From the NCBI RefSeq assembly GCF_032444005.1, contig NC_091282.1:293074001-293138000 (forward strand): a DNA stretch of 64,000 nt, written 5' to 3'. Under the pieces are notes generated by a model, which was given only the letters and a program-made list of their open reading frames with translations, made no database searches and had not been told where the DNA came from. The number at the start of each line of letters is the position of its first letter. Within the stretch, counting starts at the first letter, position 1. Shown here piece by piece: positions 62,672-64,000 of the stretch. The position numbers and the translations under genes are program-made. The stretch is from Ranitomeya imitator (lineage: Eukaryota).

Positions 62672-63985
62672 AAATCTAAGTTACTTACCGGTAATGGGAT
62701 ATTCCAGAGACCATGACAGCACCACCTGAGAGAGGATCCTCCCATCCAGGGCAGGAAACCTAATGAAATGAAAGGGTGGCACCTCTACTGCATCAGTTAA
62801 TTTACAGAGCATGAGAGGACCTCCAAACAATTAATACATGCCTTCACCAAATTGTCACCACACTCTAAAACTCTAAATGTAATCACTCCACCTGAAAATT
62901 GCACCCACAACCGGTGATGGGGGGTGGGTGGCGGTGGGATTAGCAGTGCTGTCATGGGCTCTGGAAAATCCCATTACCAATAAGTAACAGATTTTTTCCT
63001 TCACCCATGACACCACCACCTGAGAGATTTATATAGAATTAACAATCCAGCTTAGGGGGAGGGACCACCGCTTGTACGTCCAGCCTGTAGTGCCTATAGA
63101 AGTTTGAAGGAGAGGATCAAGTTGCTGCCTTACATATCTGGTCGATACCCCCACCTTCTCTGCCCAAGAAGTCACAATCGCTCGAGTACAATGAGCTTTA
63201 AATGCCTTCTGGTATTGACACACTACTGGCCACATAAGCTATACTAATAGCCTCCCCAATACACCTTGGTAAGGTACTCCGACTTTAGACCCTTTCCTAG
63301 CCCCCTGAAAGGACATGAACAACGATTGGGTTTTCCTCCGTTTAGTAGCTTCTATATATTTAATTAGGGCTCTTCTGACATCTAGTGTATGGAACTACTC
63401 TTCTTTGGGAATGTAAGTTACAAACAGAGGAAAGAACAATCTCCTGAGTTCCATGGATCCTCTTAGCCACCTTTGGTAGGTAGACCGGGGTAGGTCTCAA
63501 GACCACTCTATCTTCCAGCATCTGAGTGTATGAGGGATTTTCTGTTTTACTGTCAAGGCCTGAATATCACTGACCCTATGACCTGATGTAAATGCTACGA
63601 GTATTAGGACGTCAAGGGTGAGATTCTTGATGGAGGCCAACTGTAAAGGCTCAAAGGAGCTTTTAGTCGGAGCTTCTAGAACTAGGATTTAAATCCCAAG
63701 GAGGAATCTTTGGACTAGGGATTGGTCTAGATGAATTACCAGATTTATTAAACCGCACAATCCAATTATTGGCTGCAAGATTACAATTGTACTGTGCCCC
63801 CAAGGCCAAAACCTGAACCTTAAGAGTGTTGGTGGACAACCCCAGCTCTAATCCTTTTTGGAGAAACTCTAGTATAGATCTTATTGGGACATCTAGTTTC
63901 TCCACTTAACTAGATAGAAACGTCTTCCATGTTCTACCATATATTTTAGTGGCTACAGGCTTTCTGCTTTTTAAAAGGGTAAATA
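62672..63985 (-). mobile_element. DIRS 3' part: tyrosine-recombinase remnant and terminal/internal complementary repeats
   Basis: ILEFLQKGLELGLSTNTLKVQV...PPWDLN and HCTRA motifs; CATGACAGCACC block repeated direct and inverted at 62723, 62945 and 63006. Confidence 0.78.
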
Positions 63986-64000
63986 CTAGGGTTGAGCGAC

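Noticed and set aside
62456-64000. Search for CDC45 exons 1-3
   Set aside because: No matching peptide was found; the region is mostly DIRS remnant.

Overview
This is vertebrate genomic DNA, most likely from a frog (inferred from repeat content and the CDC45 protein sequence), with two N gaps (6303-6614, 19562-19695). The one host gene is CDC45 on the minus strand. I traced 15 coding exons, equivalent to human exons 4-18, from 62455 to the TAA at 18209-18211; they splice into one open frame of 501 aa. A probable non-coding last exon lies at about 3900-4110; exons 1-3 were not found and presumably lie beyond the right edge. One intron (37990-39774) has U12-type signals. The introns are packed with transposons: two near-identical chromodomain Gypsy LTR elements with 6-bp TSDs, a full-length CR1, a near-intact L1-clade LINE, an L2, DD38E and DD34E Tc1-like elements, DIRS fragments and several MITE families, often nested. 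The best leads are (1) a 40-bp inverted repeat bracketing the 14-kb last intron, (2) self-priming and leader-intron signals in the Gypsy element that also place gene-trap splice sites in CDC45 sense orientation, and (3) a mutated minimal hammerhead ribozyme in intron 8. I saw no CRISPR array or prokaryotic system and no clearly new protein-coding system. All positions were read by eye; family names come from recalled motifs, not database searches.
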